A DNA stretch of 64,000 nt. Source: Raillietiella orientalis. Lineage: Eukaryota. The notes beneath the pieces were generated by a model that saw only the letters and a program-made list of their open reading frames with translations, did no database searches and was not told the origin of the DNA. Numbering within the stretch: position 1 is the first letter of the stretch; each line of letters opens with the position of its first letter. The stretch lies in contig JAYWIR010000030.1 of NCBI GenBank assembly GCA_036172245.1, positions 1,302,001-1,366,000 on the forward strand, written 5' to 3'. The position numbers were made by a program, and so were the translations under genes. Positions 39,241-51,690 of the stretch are shown here, one piece after another.

Positions 39241-40402
39241 TTCTGGCTCGTCAGGGAAGGGATCACGAGTTCTTCGGGAGGCACCCCAACCGTAGGAGGA
39301 GCTTTCCTGAATTCCTGGGGTGGTCCTTGAAGAGTCGCACGCACCTTCGGGTGGTCTGAACAGTGGTGAAGAACTTCGTGGACCCTTGGCGAACTATTCT
39401 TCAGCGCTTTGCGAGCCAAAAAAGGAAAAAGAAAAAAGGGTTGGAAAGAAAGCAGCGAAAGCAGAAGAACTCCAAGGGATTTTTCCATTATCATTTCTTT
39501 CCTCCCTCTTGCCAGCTGTCGAGGACGGACGCAGTTCTCTGCGGATTCCGGAGACGCGCTCTTGCACGTTTCCGTGCAAACGGTTCACGCTCAGGCATCA
39601 GCCGGCAATCGCTTGGAAGTTCAAAGATTTTCTGCATTCAAGCTGCAGAGGAGCTGGAAGAAACCTGCACCCCCTCGAGGGGGACGAACGAAGTCAAATC
39701 GCGCTCGTCTCTGTGCTCCGACGCTCAGGAGCAATCGCACGGTTCCAATTTCTCGTCAGAGCGAGTGCCTGATGGACGCGAAGGGGTCCTTGGACGCTGC
39801 GCTCCCGGACGGGATCCGCTCTCGCGCAGCTGCGTCCGCAGCGAAGCCGAGAGAAGATTCGTCGAGGAAGAATCCCTGCAGAGCCCTCTCCTCGTCACCA
39901 TGGACAGCGAACCTCCCAGTTCGCTGCTCGCCCATCGCCAGCACGGTCGCCGTTCCTGAAGACGGAAAGCTCCTCGTCCGTTGGCGAGAATGTGGCGCCC
40001 ATGCGGCGCTCGTTTGTGCAAGAAGAGTTCGTGTTCTTCCTGTGGCCTCTCCTTTATAATTGCACATTTGAGTGGCATTTAAGATATGCTTTCGTTTATG
40101 AATGCCACAAATGTTTGCAATGTCCGTAAATATGCAGCATTTTGTAATGTGGTAAGGGTCAGTAAAAAAAAAAAAAAAAAAAGCGAAATAAAAATGAAAG
40201 TTATAAAAATTATTAAAAATGAAGAGAATTACCATAGTGCAGAGTCTCCATAGTCACTTTATTTACTAATAATGGGATTCTTTTTTAAAAAATCAATGCA
40301 CCTTACGATAATCCCGAAGAAATATGCACCAAATTTGGGATTAAAGTCCTCTGAGGCCGCTGGTGACAGTTTTCACATCTGACTTACTGCTGCTGCCTCC
40401 TA

Positions 40403-41280
40403 TCATGAGATGATGCATGTGAATTTCAAGAACGTAGAGTTGATGGCGTACGACCGTGGATGTAAAAGGGGTTTGAAGTGGATGACCGTCGGCCGATTTT
40501 GCCAGTAGCTGGGGCTACACTTAACTTTCTTGAGTTGAGACAATGTTGAGACAATCCCTTGCTCGAAAGGGAACTGCAGGTTCTGTGTGTGGCTATCCTG
40601 AGGAAATGGAATGATGTACTTCTGCACAGACATTTGGAAAGTAAGGAGCAAGGAAGATCTGGAGGTGGTAAGAGCTATTAGCAGAAGTTGATCGATCGTT
40701 GGTACTTCGAAGGACATGCCTTTTTTTTCGGATCTGCATGCCCTTGTCTTGGTTCTTCAGGACCAAACGTGATCTTTAGCAGATTGCGATTCGAAGTTCT
40801 AATGAAGATGCTGTTAGAGAAAGAGTAAAGTGAACTGCTTAGGAGTTTTACTATTTTTAGTCTAGAATGAGCTAAGCGTACTTTTGCATTCGCATAGGAT
40901 TTAATCATAAATTTATCTGAGATCGTGACTCACATATTGTAATCACTGATTGCAAGTCTCCCGTCAGTCTGGTGCAACATGAGATAGCCCGTGGTGCCGT
41001 GGATGTACCGGAGGCTGCATCCATCTTGAGCATGGTTTGTTCTAGCCAAGGTCGTTCGTTGGGAGTAGGTGACCGACGTCAGATTCTACAGCAACTCAGC
41101 AACGGTAGCACGTCGTCTGCTGCTTTCCGTTCTGAATGCCTCAGAGCGTCCAGAAAGTCCAGAAAGCGCATCAAGCTTGATCTGGACCAGTATTTTATGT
41201 ATCGCATTTGCTCTTCCATTTCTAAAGCTGTCACCCATCACTGACATTTGGGTGATTAAGAGATCACATCACATTGACGT
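40403..41280 (-). pseudogene. Candidate endogenous viral element: Mononega/Chu-like L N-terminal region
   Basis: About 290 codons readable with two stops and one frameshift at a poly-A run. AISDYNM*VTISDKF and SVQKYIIPFP loosely fit L-protein N-terminal motifs. Confidence 0.28.
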
Positions 41281-44200
41281 TTATAGGCTGTCTGGGAATC
41301 TCAACTAAGGACTTCATTAGTATCCAAAAATTGTATTATTGCTTGCTGTTCTTCCTTGATGAAACTTCCTAGGGAGAAATCGTTTCTCACATGTGGGAGT
41401 CAGGATACTGTGGGTGCTGACTTTTGTGTACATAATGAATGTACAGTGATGTGTTCCGAACAAAGTCAGAACACATCACTGTTACCTTCACCTATAGATT
41501 TCCCCTTGGCAGCCATTATTTCCAGCTTCCATTTTTCTTTTTTTTTTTTACCTGATAAAAAAAAACCTCGAGTTACATCTACGTCTCACTATCTTAACTA
41601 AAGTGCTCCACTCTGGTCCGAATTTCAAAATTCAGCGCGAAATTCTGGTAGAGCAAACGAAAGCAGATCTGTGAGAACAGGAAGATGATCGGAAAGGCTT
41701 TTGACGTGCATCAGTTTGGATTGGGTAGGAGGTCACTCACTGCTTCAGAGCTAGGCATGGAATCTCTGAATCTCTGAATTCCTGGTTTCATTTCACCTGC
41801 TCCCCTCCTTCGGAAAAACCATGGGAATAATTCCTGTATATGCCATCGAGAATAAGCTCACCACTCATGACCCTGTCTCGAGATGAGGTAATGCCTGTGA
41901 CGTCACGAAGCACCTTGAGGTAGGCGTAGGCAGACTCGCGGTTTTTTCCAGATTGTAAGCAGCCTCCTCCACAGCATTACCTCTAAAGACTTGCTTTGGA
42001 GGTAGCACCGCTCCATAGATGGCAAGAGATCTATAAACATCCTCATTTCCCTCTCATCGTTTGCCAGCGGACGCGTCCTGGTACCTCGCAACTGGTTGCA
42101 ACTTACATGAACCTCTCTCCTCGCGGAAACTCACAGGAAGATTGCTGGCATCCATAATGACCAAACTGGGAACCAGCAGACTTCTTGATTTCCTATGCAG
42201 ATCCCGATTCGTCAGTTACAGGCGGTTTGGGAACATTTCTTCTTTAGAGCTGATGTACCATGACCGCGCGTGCAGAGTGCAGGCAACGAAAGCAGGGAGG
42301 CTCAACTACCTTCGAGTACTTTCAGATGACAGGATTTTGCGTGCGAGATGCAACTTGTTTTCCTTATGCAAGTAATGAGCCGAAACCCCCAGAACGAGGG
42401 AAAATTAAATTTGTGGTCCCCGAATGCACTTGGGCGCGCTCTTCGTAAAGTATGGTACTGGTGCGCACGCCAAGACTCACTTGCTAGGAACGGGTATCTA
42501 AGAGACAGCGACCGAGAAGTAGGTGTGATGGGTCGCTTTTGAAGTGCTCTCTGAAATTTCGGATTCTGCGGATGCTCACTGTGTGAAACCACGAAAGGAG
42601 TCTCTGAGCCTCTTATTAGTCCCAAAGGGGAGAATCGAACTCTCGAAGCGTTTCTTTGTATTACTCTTTGATTTATCATTGGATTCTTGCTCACAGTCCA
42701 GGTAGTAAAAAGTTTATCAACACAGTAGTTATCCAGGATTCGGGAGATTAATTCTGGCTGGAAATCAACATCGCGTTAGCCATAAGAAATAATTGCTCCA
42801 GCGTGTTAATCCAATCAAAGAATTTCGCAATCATCCGCATCGCTGAAATTCAAAACTGACGTATCGATGTAATGAGCTATCATTGCTCACGTCATTTTGC
42901 CGACAACACCCAGCTGGCATCAAAGTGGCTGCATCCGTGGTCCGTGCTCGCAGTATGCCCACTCGTGGACGACGAATTTCGAAAGATGTTGAACGGTCCA
43001 CTGGAGGAGCTCTGAGGAAGCAGTTCGGAATGATTTCCGGAGAGTGAATGCTGAGAATACAAACCTCTGAATCATATTAGCCGTGCTTCCATGAAACAAG
43101 TCCTCGTGTTCTTGTTCCGTGGGCTGACCCCGCCAATACACTGAACTGTCCGCATCTAAAGAATTTCAGTGAGTCGTAGAACAAGGAACACCATCCTAGA
43201 TGCTTGGCGATGTCTCTGAGACGAAGAATGCCCTGCTGAAAGAGGGAAGAAGCAAGATCGAGGAAGCTTTCCAGAAAAGCGAGCCCCTACTCTGTCTTCT
43301 GAGCCAGGTGGGATGTCTGGGTTGGTTACATTCCTGCTCGGGAGGCCAGCGAATTTTCTTCACTTCAGAAATGAACGCAATCCCGTTGATGATTTACTCG
43401 CGAAAGTTTATAAATCATCCAGATTTGCCCTGCTTGGGGGCAGACCAAGAATCTGGAAGCTCGAGCAAGCGGCGCCCTGGTATTTATGTAACGCTGCATT
43501 CAAGGAAATGGAGTTATGTAAATGGAACGCAGAAGTCTTTTTGATGGTTTCAGGGGGGCACTGCTGACTTCTGATTCCGTCGGGCATCTGCGCTCCCTTG
43601 AAAAGCATTAGAAACGTGGACTCGTGAGTAAGCAAATGCCTCTTGCTGGATGCTGCTTCCTCTGCGTGTGCACTTTGGACCCCATCTACTTCCGCATAGA
43701 TCAAGCTAGCCATTATTTCGAGGAGTCACAACTCGGATCATCACCACCTTCTGTAGTTCGCTGACGCAGAAATTGCGTCGCCAAACGTGTTCCCGAACCT
43801 TGGAAACGAAATGATCGAACTACTACATTTCTTGCACAGGACCGAATTGCCGAAAAAGCATCATTAGATCGCATCATTAGAATGAGTGGTTCATTGGTTA
43901 TTGCCGGGAAGTTGGACTGGTGCTCGCCCTCCACGAGGTTTCGCGAAAGGAGAGCCATGCGCCTCTGCATGAGATGAGACAACTGTTTGTTCAAATTGGT
44001 CCAGGGCTCGTGTTTAGTACACTGATGATGGAAACTGCTGCAGCTGGTGAGGAGGTTCTTCCAAGAGAATTTGAGTGGAATCAAACAGTGGGCATTAGGA
44101 AGACAGCCGTTGTTGGCTGACTCCGAGAAACAACTGCCAAATGACCACACTCAAGAGCCTGATGGCATGCTAAGAAGAAAACGCCGTGATGCAAAGCATC

Positions 44201-46605
44201 CGGCACTGAGGAACGGCAAACATCTTCCAGAAAGAATTTTAAAATTTATCCCCTCATCCATCTTCCGCGGGAAAGTCTGAAATCCCTTAATCTTAACTCC
44301 CTGATCCTTTAATAAAACTCCTTAAATCCGTTTGATTTGGACTCCTTAATCTTTACTTATTATTGAAAAAGTGAGTTTTGGTGAGAATGGCATCTCTTTT
44401 ATCCGTCCTCAGGAGACGCCGAACGGACAACTTGAGATCCGGCGCTACCCAAACGCTCAGGAAGGAGTCGTACAGCGGGAGCAGCCTCCCTGGCTTGCTC
44501 CGAGCTTTCCCTTCGATAAAGAGCGCGTAATCCACCACCCAAAAAAAAAAAAAAAAAATCTTCGGGTCCTCACAAATGATCGACTTTCTAACAAATTGCA
44601 TGGGTGCAGCTAGCAGACGCGGATGAGACGGGAACCTCTGAATGTACCTTTGCAGTGGAATGTCAAGGTTTCCCGGAACGATATCCTGTGTCCATTTTTT
44701 AATTCATTCCGACGAATCCTCAATCCCTTTTGTTATCCTCTACAGGCTTGTGCCACGACCAGCTAGAATTAAGAGTATGTTCCCATATATAAAGTCTTCA
44801 ATAGTGAAGTCCTTTGAGCATTCTTGAGAAGACCATTCGCAAGTATCGCCGCCGCGTTCGTTAGGAAGGAATCTTTCTACTTTAGGGAGCAACGTCAGTT
44901 TCCTTGGTAACATCTCGTTCTCCATCGGGCTTATTGCTTTAGGAAGAACAGACGATCACATCCATAAGAGGATCGGGCTGCAAAGCGGGAGCTCAAAATA
45001 GTGCGCCATGGTAACCCATGGAAGCAACAGAGATCATGATCGCCTACGGTCACGAAAAAACTCAGCAGACTCACGAAAAAACTCAGAAAACAAGGGGTAT
45101 TCCCCAGTCAGATGGCCAAGGGGTGTCGGGAATTTGCCGCACGTGCTTCTCGAAGGATCCAGGCTGGGTCAGGGATGGAGGCGCATCCCTGAAGCACTCC
45201 AGCTCCCCAGTGCTTCCCGGCGTGTCCCGTTTAAGCAGCTGTTCCCTTCTCCAGACTTGCAAGCTGCCTTCCTGCTGGCGGTTCTCCGTCACCGCGTGAC
45301 AGCAGCAGTAGCTGCGAAGGCGAAGGCATGGTGTGACCGTCTCTTCTCGGACAGCCTCCTGTGATTGCTATTTCCGAACTAAGATGGCGGACGCACCAGC
45401 CACCCTCTTATTCCTTTCCTACGCGACCCTTAGCAATCATTCTGAGTAAACGATAGACCTCATTGTCTAGCTATTCATCGATTGATCGACCGACCCCTTC
45501 TTGTTCCTGTTTCAAGCGAGAGGCGTTCCTATGGTTTCGGTTTCTCTTTAACTGCACAAATGTCATGTCAGAGAAACGGACCAGAAATTCAGAATGAGGT
45601 CAGATGTTACGAGGAAGCCTTCAAAGGAAGGTGCAGGCATCGTCAGCATCTCCTGAAACGTAGTCTTCAAGGAAAGGTATGCGAGCCTTGAACTTTTCTG
45701 ACAGCAGCGCACATCCAAAGTCTTCGAGTGACTGCACCGCAAACTCCAGAAAACCTGAAACGCCCTCTCGGTGCAAACACTTTGCTGGTTGCTTAGATGT
45801 ATTTCAAGCTCTGCTTCTACCGCGCCCTATTCTCCAAGTATTGGGGTCGTTTCTTACCTGTCAGCTGACCACAGAGGGTCTTTTCCGAGCAACTCTCGTC
45901 GAAGAATCCTGCTCAAGTCTCTAGAAGACACGACCTCAATGTAAGCTTATGAAGAGCTAATTTGAGCTTCAAATCTCCAAGTACCAACGTGCGAAATACG
46001 GGATGCCTTGGTTCCCATGGCAAACTTTTCCGACTGTTGCCACAAATATTTGAGTCGGTAAACAAAGAGGGCACACAGGACTGAGATTTCGTGCTTTCAG
46101 CAAGATGGATATATCGCTTCCCACACATTTTTGTCCAGAGCTTCCAAGTAGCTCCGGAAGGAAGATGAAAACAGATGAAGAAAAAAACGATTTCCTCTTG
46201 CCCACTTTTCTTCAGCTGTTTCCCAGGTGTTAGGGGACGAGCAGTCAGCCGTCCAATGTTTCCATTACAGCCTCCCGAGGATGCTGTATGATGTATCCGA
46301 GCTACTCCTTGCGAATTTTCGATTTCCTCACCACCTCGGGATTTCTTGAGTCGTAGGATCACGGAGACCCTAAGAAGACGCGGTCTAGTTCTTATCATGT
46401 TAGGGGTGGTCAGTCCTTTAGAGACGAAGCGGAAACCCAGCCTCCTTCTGTGGCACTGCCTCTTCTGAGGCATTCGCATGGTTGCTGATGGTTGGTGGTG
46501 CACCTAAAGGTGCGTCTAAGGATGCGGTCTACAGATTCTTCCCGCCTTCCACACCTGCATTCGAGGTCAAGACTCATCCCAGATGAGAGGTTCGTAGGTG
46601 GCAGA

Positions 46606-46707
46606 AGCACTTCCGCCCTCAGTTCCCCACGAGCAGCATCTTTTCCGTGTTTTTCATCAGGACATGAGTTAACCCAGCACAGACAGGATAACTTGTGGAA
46701 TCGCCAG
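46606..46707. repeat. Diverged 102-bp direct repeat, copy 1
   Basis: Gapless alignment with 51589-51690. Confidence 0.75.
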
Positions 46708-47059
46708 GTACCAAATCTGCGAGTCCGTAACTCCCGTGGTCTGTGTTTTAGGAAAGTCGAAAGAGACAATCGCATCTGAAGATTTTCCAGACGAGTACAT
46801 AATGCCTCTTTTGGGAAAAGATTTTCTTCAGTGATGATCAACTGTGTTTCCGTCTGCAAGTAATCATTCTTTAACAGCTCACCTAAGAATTATGGAGCTT
46901 ACCAACTGGTCCAACAGAACATTGGAATGTGGAATGAACGCTCAAGCCGTGTAAACAGCTTGAGCGGAATCTTCTCCAAACTCGCACGTGTTATGAAAAA
47001 AAAAATTCCTATCAGAGATGGTCGTTACTCCTTCAGCAAGAGAAATCTCCGCGCACAGT

Positions 47060-48700
47060 ACCACTCGTTGCCGGTTCGAATCCCCAAGTGGAGAGCCGAC
47101 ACTAGAGAAAAGGGGGATGCGTCGTGGGTTTCCGGTTCATCCCGCAGGATGATGCTGGTTGGTCCCGTTAGGGTGCGGCACCAGTTGACACCCGGTCACC
47201 TCAAGGAGTTTATTTATAAAAAATAAACGTCTGTGACAGGACGTTTGATCCTGTCACGTTGCTTATAACTACGGGAAGGAACCTGCCGGGAACTGTCACG
47301 CAGGCCAGCGGGGTTCGCCTCGGCAGCACAGGGAAACGGGAGACAAACAACAAGAAAAAAAATAAAACAAAAAACATACAGTCAAAAAAATGGACGGAGT
47401 TCGGGAAGGGATCACTGTGTGCTGGAAAGCGTCCTCTGCATCCTTGTAAGGATGCCGGCTGTTTTATGGTTCCCAGATCTTGACGCTGTTCTCATAAAGA
47501 GGACAGCCAAATAGATGGCGTCCCTGTCGTTCTGACCCCCTCTGGCGTTGCTCCATGCAGCGACGGTCCCGCCGCGTAGGCAGCAAAGTGTTGCTAAGGA
47601 TGCCGTCTGCCGACGTTAGGGTGCCGCGCAGGAAGAGACACTTCGAAACGTCTCTGGCATCGCCGCCTGGGGTTCCAAGGGTCGCAGCAAAGCGTTCCCA
47701 AGGGGGATGAAGGGCAACGCAGTGCACTAGGAGGTGCGGGAGGGATTCCCTCTCCTTGCACCTGGCACAGTTCGGGTCCACCCCTCCCCACCGTGTTTAG
47801 TGATGCCGACGGGCGTTGCACGGGAGGCCCAGAGAGTGCAGCAGCATGAATGCCGACTCCTGCCACTTTAAGGGGTGGGTGCGGGTGGCTCATGAGAACC
47901 GGGGACCACTGCAGGTCTTCGTCCGGAATACGCAGTAGCACGCCCAGAGCAAAAGTCCACGAGGTCGACCAATCAGGGTCGCAGCGTCGTTGAGCTGACC
48001 CGTCGTCCACTCGCCCAGTTCCCATTGCATCACCTTATTCCTTATCATAAGAAGATGCAGATAACAATGGCATCTTGCATCCGAAGCAGCCGGAGCTGGA
48101 GATAATCTGCAAAGCTCGCCAGCCAGCGTGTTTCCACAGTAACCTTCCATCTAGTCTTAAGGCTGCTTCCGTGTGTTCCCTGAAGGAGGGCAGCACTGCG
48201 GCGAGGGAGGTTCTGCTTGCCCACGCACTCTTCACTGGATCTTCCAGGATCTCCCGGAGCGCAATTGACGTCTCCTCTACGTGCGCAGTTGTGGTTGCAC
48301 GCGTAGAAGAAACGTCTCACCTGTTCTGTGCTTGACTCCTGGATCCTCGACCACGTGCGAACAGTTGGGTGCGGCACTGGCGGAAGCTGGAAACCGCCGG
48401 ATATTTCCGTTGACTGGTATCGGGATTGAAAGTCGATCCTTTGGGGTCCCTTCCAGGAATCGAGGAGGCGTTTTTTTTCGAGGTTACCCCTCCGATTGTG
48501 AAAATGGAGCTGTACCATGGAGCTTGTTGATACTCCCCTCTCCTCTCTTCGGAGCTTGCCTCTCCTGAGTGTCACAGAAGAGCGCTACTCCCTTCGGAGG
48601 GAACGTCCTTCATAGAAATTTGGAGGCGTTCCATAGGGGTTCTCTTCAAAGGAGGAAACAAGGGCCTTTGCGTCCCTCGCTGGTTTCCTTCGGAGACAAC
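47060..48700 (+). mobile_element. SINE-like host repeat, copy 3 (interrupted)
   Basis: B box at 47073-47083. The host resumes at 48367 with gggtgcggcactggcggaagctgg. Confidence 0.65.
47186..48366 (-). mobile_element. Tx1/L1-like 5'-truncated insertion (~1.18 kb) in the host target site
   Basis: DPNCARCKERESLPHLLVHCVALHPPW. TSD gggtgcggcaccagt (47171-47185) / gggtgcggcactggc (48367-48381). Hairpin at 47233-47257. Confidence 0.88.
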
Positions 48701-51588
48701 ACACTTCACATCTGGAGAGGACTAGATTGGTCCATCCGCTAGGTCGAAGGTTGTAGAGAATTTCGATGAATTTCAAGAATGATTTTTAAGGACTCGGTCG
48801 TGTTCAGGTCAGGGACGTAAGCCATTCGATCCAATTTCTGGTATCTGCCTACTCTGTGGAGGATTCCAAGTCTTCCAGCGTGAGCTCAGCTAGATGGCCA
48901 TGTCCAAGGGAACTGTTTACGTGGGAGTCGGTATCTTGAGCAGTCTAACCGCGAAAGATGTTCTCTGAGGAAATGCAAATCTTCCGAGCTGCTGTGATTG
49001 GGGTTGTCATTTGTCATTTTTTTTCCTGGATAGTTCCTGGAACGGTTCACGCTGCACCCCCGTTCGAAGCGGATGCTTCCTGTGGCAGAAAGTACTTCCT
49101 CGGTATTGATATTGCCTACGTCATCTCGTTTCACTGCATCTTTTGAGGCTTCTTCATTATCCAATCTTATTGGTGTTTTGTGTCGGGCTTCTGCAACCCT
49201 CCCCCCCCCCCCCCACGCTTGTCGGCCACTGGAGCACGTCAAGTTAGTTTACTCTTCACCACGATGAGCTTCGCAAACTGTTGTCAAGGAAGATTGAGTC
49301 GAGGTGTCAGCTTACGGGAACGGATGCCCTATCTTTTTTTTTTTTTTTTCATACTTGGAACGGACTCAGCTTCCCGCGCGACTCCATTTTTCAAATCTCT
49401 GCTGTGAAAAAACAAGAAACATAACACACTTTAACAGATCTGCGTCGCATCTATTTTGGTGATCGAGTTCAAGTTGCAAGTATCGTTTCACCTCCCAGGC
49501 TGGATGAGCATCCTCAAGATCAAGAGCGGGTCACCGAAGAGCCGGGTTGCCAAAAGGGAAAGACCGCATATGAACAGGAGATTTCCAGAACGACGGTTCC
49601 GTTACCAGGTGCGAACACGGCAGGCCAGAGTTCAGAGTTGAACTTGAAAACATTGCTCCGCCGGAGAAAACGAATTGCTCGTCCGAGTTTCCTTGGCCAC
49701 GGCATGGTTGGTACACTGAGAATCGTTGCCGCCGGCCGATGTACGTTGTGCGTTGGATGGCTTCGCTTCTCCTCGGCAGAAAGTCGGAATTATTTCGAAC
49801 GCCGACGTAATCAATTGCGCAGCTAATTTTCCCATTTTGTGATCCTTTGCTCTTAAGATGGCCACTCGCGTAATTCACCCACGGGCACGTCATCTAAATA
49901 TGTGAGAAGAACTCATCCAGGTCATTCCGCACCCACAGATCCTATACGGATAAAGCATAGGCTGTGCATAGGTGTTTATTAAATGGATGCTTTTAATTAG
50001 AATGTTTTCAGAACTTTTGGTCGCACGTGCTGTTTCGATATGCATACGTAGGTATATGAAATAAATATATTCATATGCATACATTCTCACCGTGTGTTTC
50101 TCTCCGCGTATAGGGAGCTTTGGTAATTGGGCGCCGCCACCCAATGGCGGAACTGCATTTCTTGAATAGCCGATTTTTGCACCTGAATTTCACAGTATGT
50201 GCACATAAACATAAGGGATGTGAGTATATGGGCATGCAGGGAATATCCCTTGGGAATTTGCGCTTGAGGATTCCGACTGTTTGAGAAATGCGTGTTTGAA
50301 ATGATACTGTGACGATTTAATGATGTAATTGAGGGAGATGAGGTTCCTGTCCGTGTGAGACGATTCCGTCGGTCATCTGCCGGCGCCACACGGCATCTAC
50401 TGTGGTGGAGAGAACAATTTGAGACCCTCCAAAACAGGAAGAATCTTTGCTTGATGCCTTTCTTTCATATACAACTTTCTGGCTCAAGTGTACTGAGGAT
50501 CTTCGGTGCAGTCCGAACACTCCAGCAACCTTCCCATAGATGTTCGGAAATTTCTAGCCTCGATCTATTCTTTCTCATCAATCACAACTGCTTCTGACTT
50601 CTTGCTTCTTTGATCTCATCCGTTTCTAAAATGAGCTTCCCTTCTGGAAGGGAGTATTCTTAGCTGGAAGATTCTCGAAAACTTTGCATTCGCAAGTGCT
50701 GGACAGGTTCCCTGTTGTTATCATGAATCCTATGTGATGGACCAAAGGCCCCGCCGCGGTCGGATTGCTTCCTTGTAAGGGCGTCGGTCTTTACGGTGCT
50801 ACCATCACACAGAATCTTTGGGTGTTTCAAGATCACCCTCTCTTTTTCGGTGGCTGCTATCCGGAGAACACAAATGTAGAGGAATTACATCAATGTGCTT
50901 TCGAGCGGCAGTTGCGAACACCAAGAAAGGTACACGAAAGTATGTAAATGGAGAAGACACGTTTTTTTCTTGTTACGGAAAACATGAATGAAAGTGTAAT
51001 CGGTTCTGATCCTCTCGTGTTTACAGGAGAATTTAGGATGAATCAAAAACACAGGACCCCATTTAGGCAAATGGCTAAATATATCTTGGATCCCACAGAA
51101 AATAAAAAAAAATTCAACATGAGTTGTTTCTAAAAGAGAATTTTTAGACTTCAGATGAAGGTAGATTGCAGGTGAGATGCTCCACTAATAGAATTAATGC
51201 CTAGGGTTGGAACCTTCCCTATTCCGATATGAGAACCGTTGGTCCTGGTGATCTCGGGATCTTTCTCTTCCACAACCTCCACCACCGCGATCGAAATCCA
51301 GATGGCGCCAGAGCTTTCGTGATTTCCCGCCTCCTGCTATCCTTGCTGCATTTTACATCCCACAAAGTTCAGAAAAATTAATCTCTTCCATCCAGAACAC
51401 GTTAAAATGAGATTCTCAGAAGCAGAGTCTGCATTGTCATTCACGCTTGCATCAACGAGTTGCTGCAGATCCCAGTTTCAGTTTCCCGACTTCAGGAAGT
51501 CGGTGATGAAAGTTCCCTGACTTTTTAGCTCGCGAGAGGATAATGTGCAAATGCCGGAAGGAAAAGCATCCCATTCATAGGTGACATC

Positions 51589-51690
51589 AGCACTTCCGCC
51601 TTGCGTTCCCCACGAACAGCATCTTTTCCGTCTTTTTCGTCCAGACATGCGATAGCCCAGCACAGAAATGACAACCTCTGGAATCACCAG
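51589..51690. repeat. Diverged 102-bp direct repeat, copy 2
   Basis: Partner of 46606-46707. The minus frame is open here (LVIPEVVISVLGYRMSGRKRRKRCCSWG). Confidence 0.75.

Noticed and set aside
43408..44150. Two minus ORFs coupled by a TAATG stop-start overlap
   Set aside because: Neither peptide is recognisable and such overlaps arise by chance.
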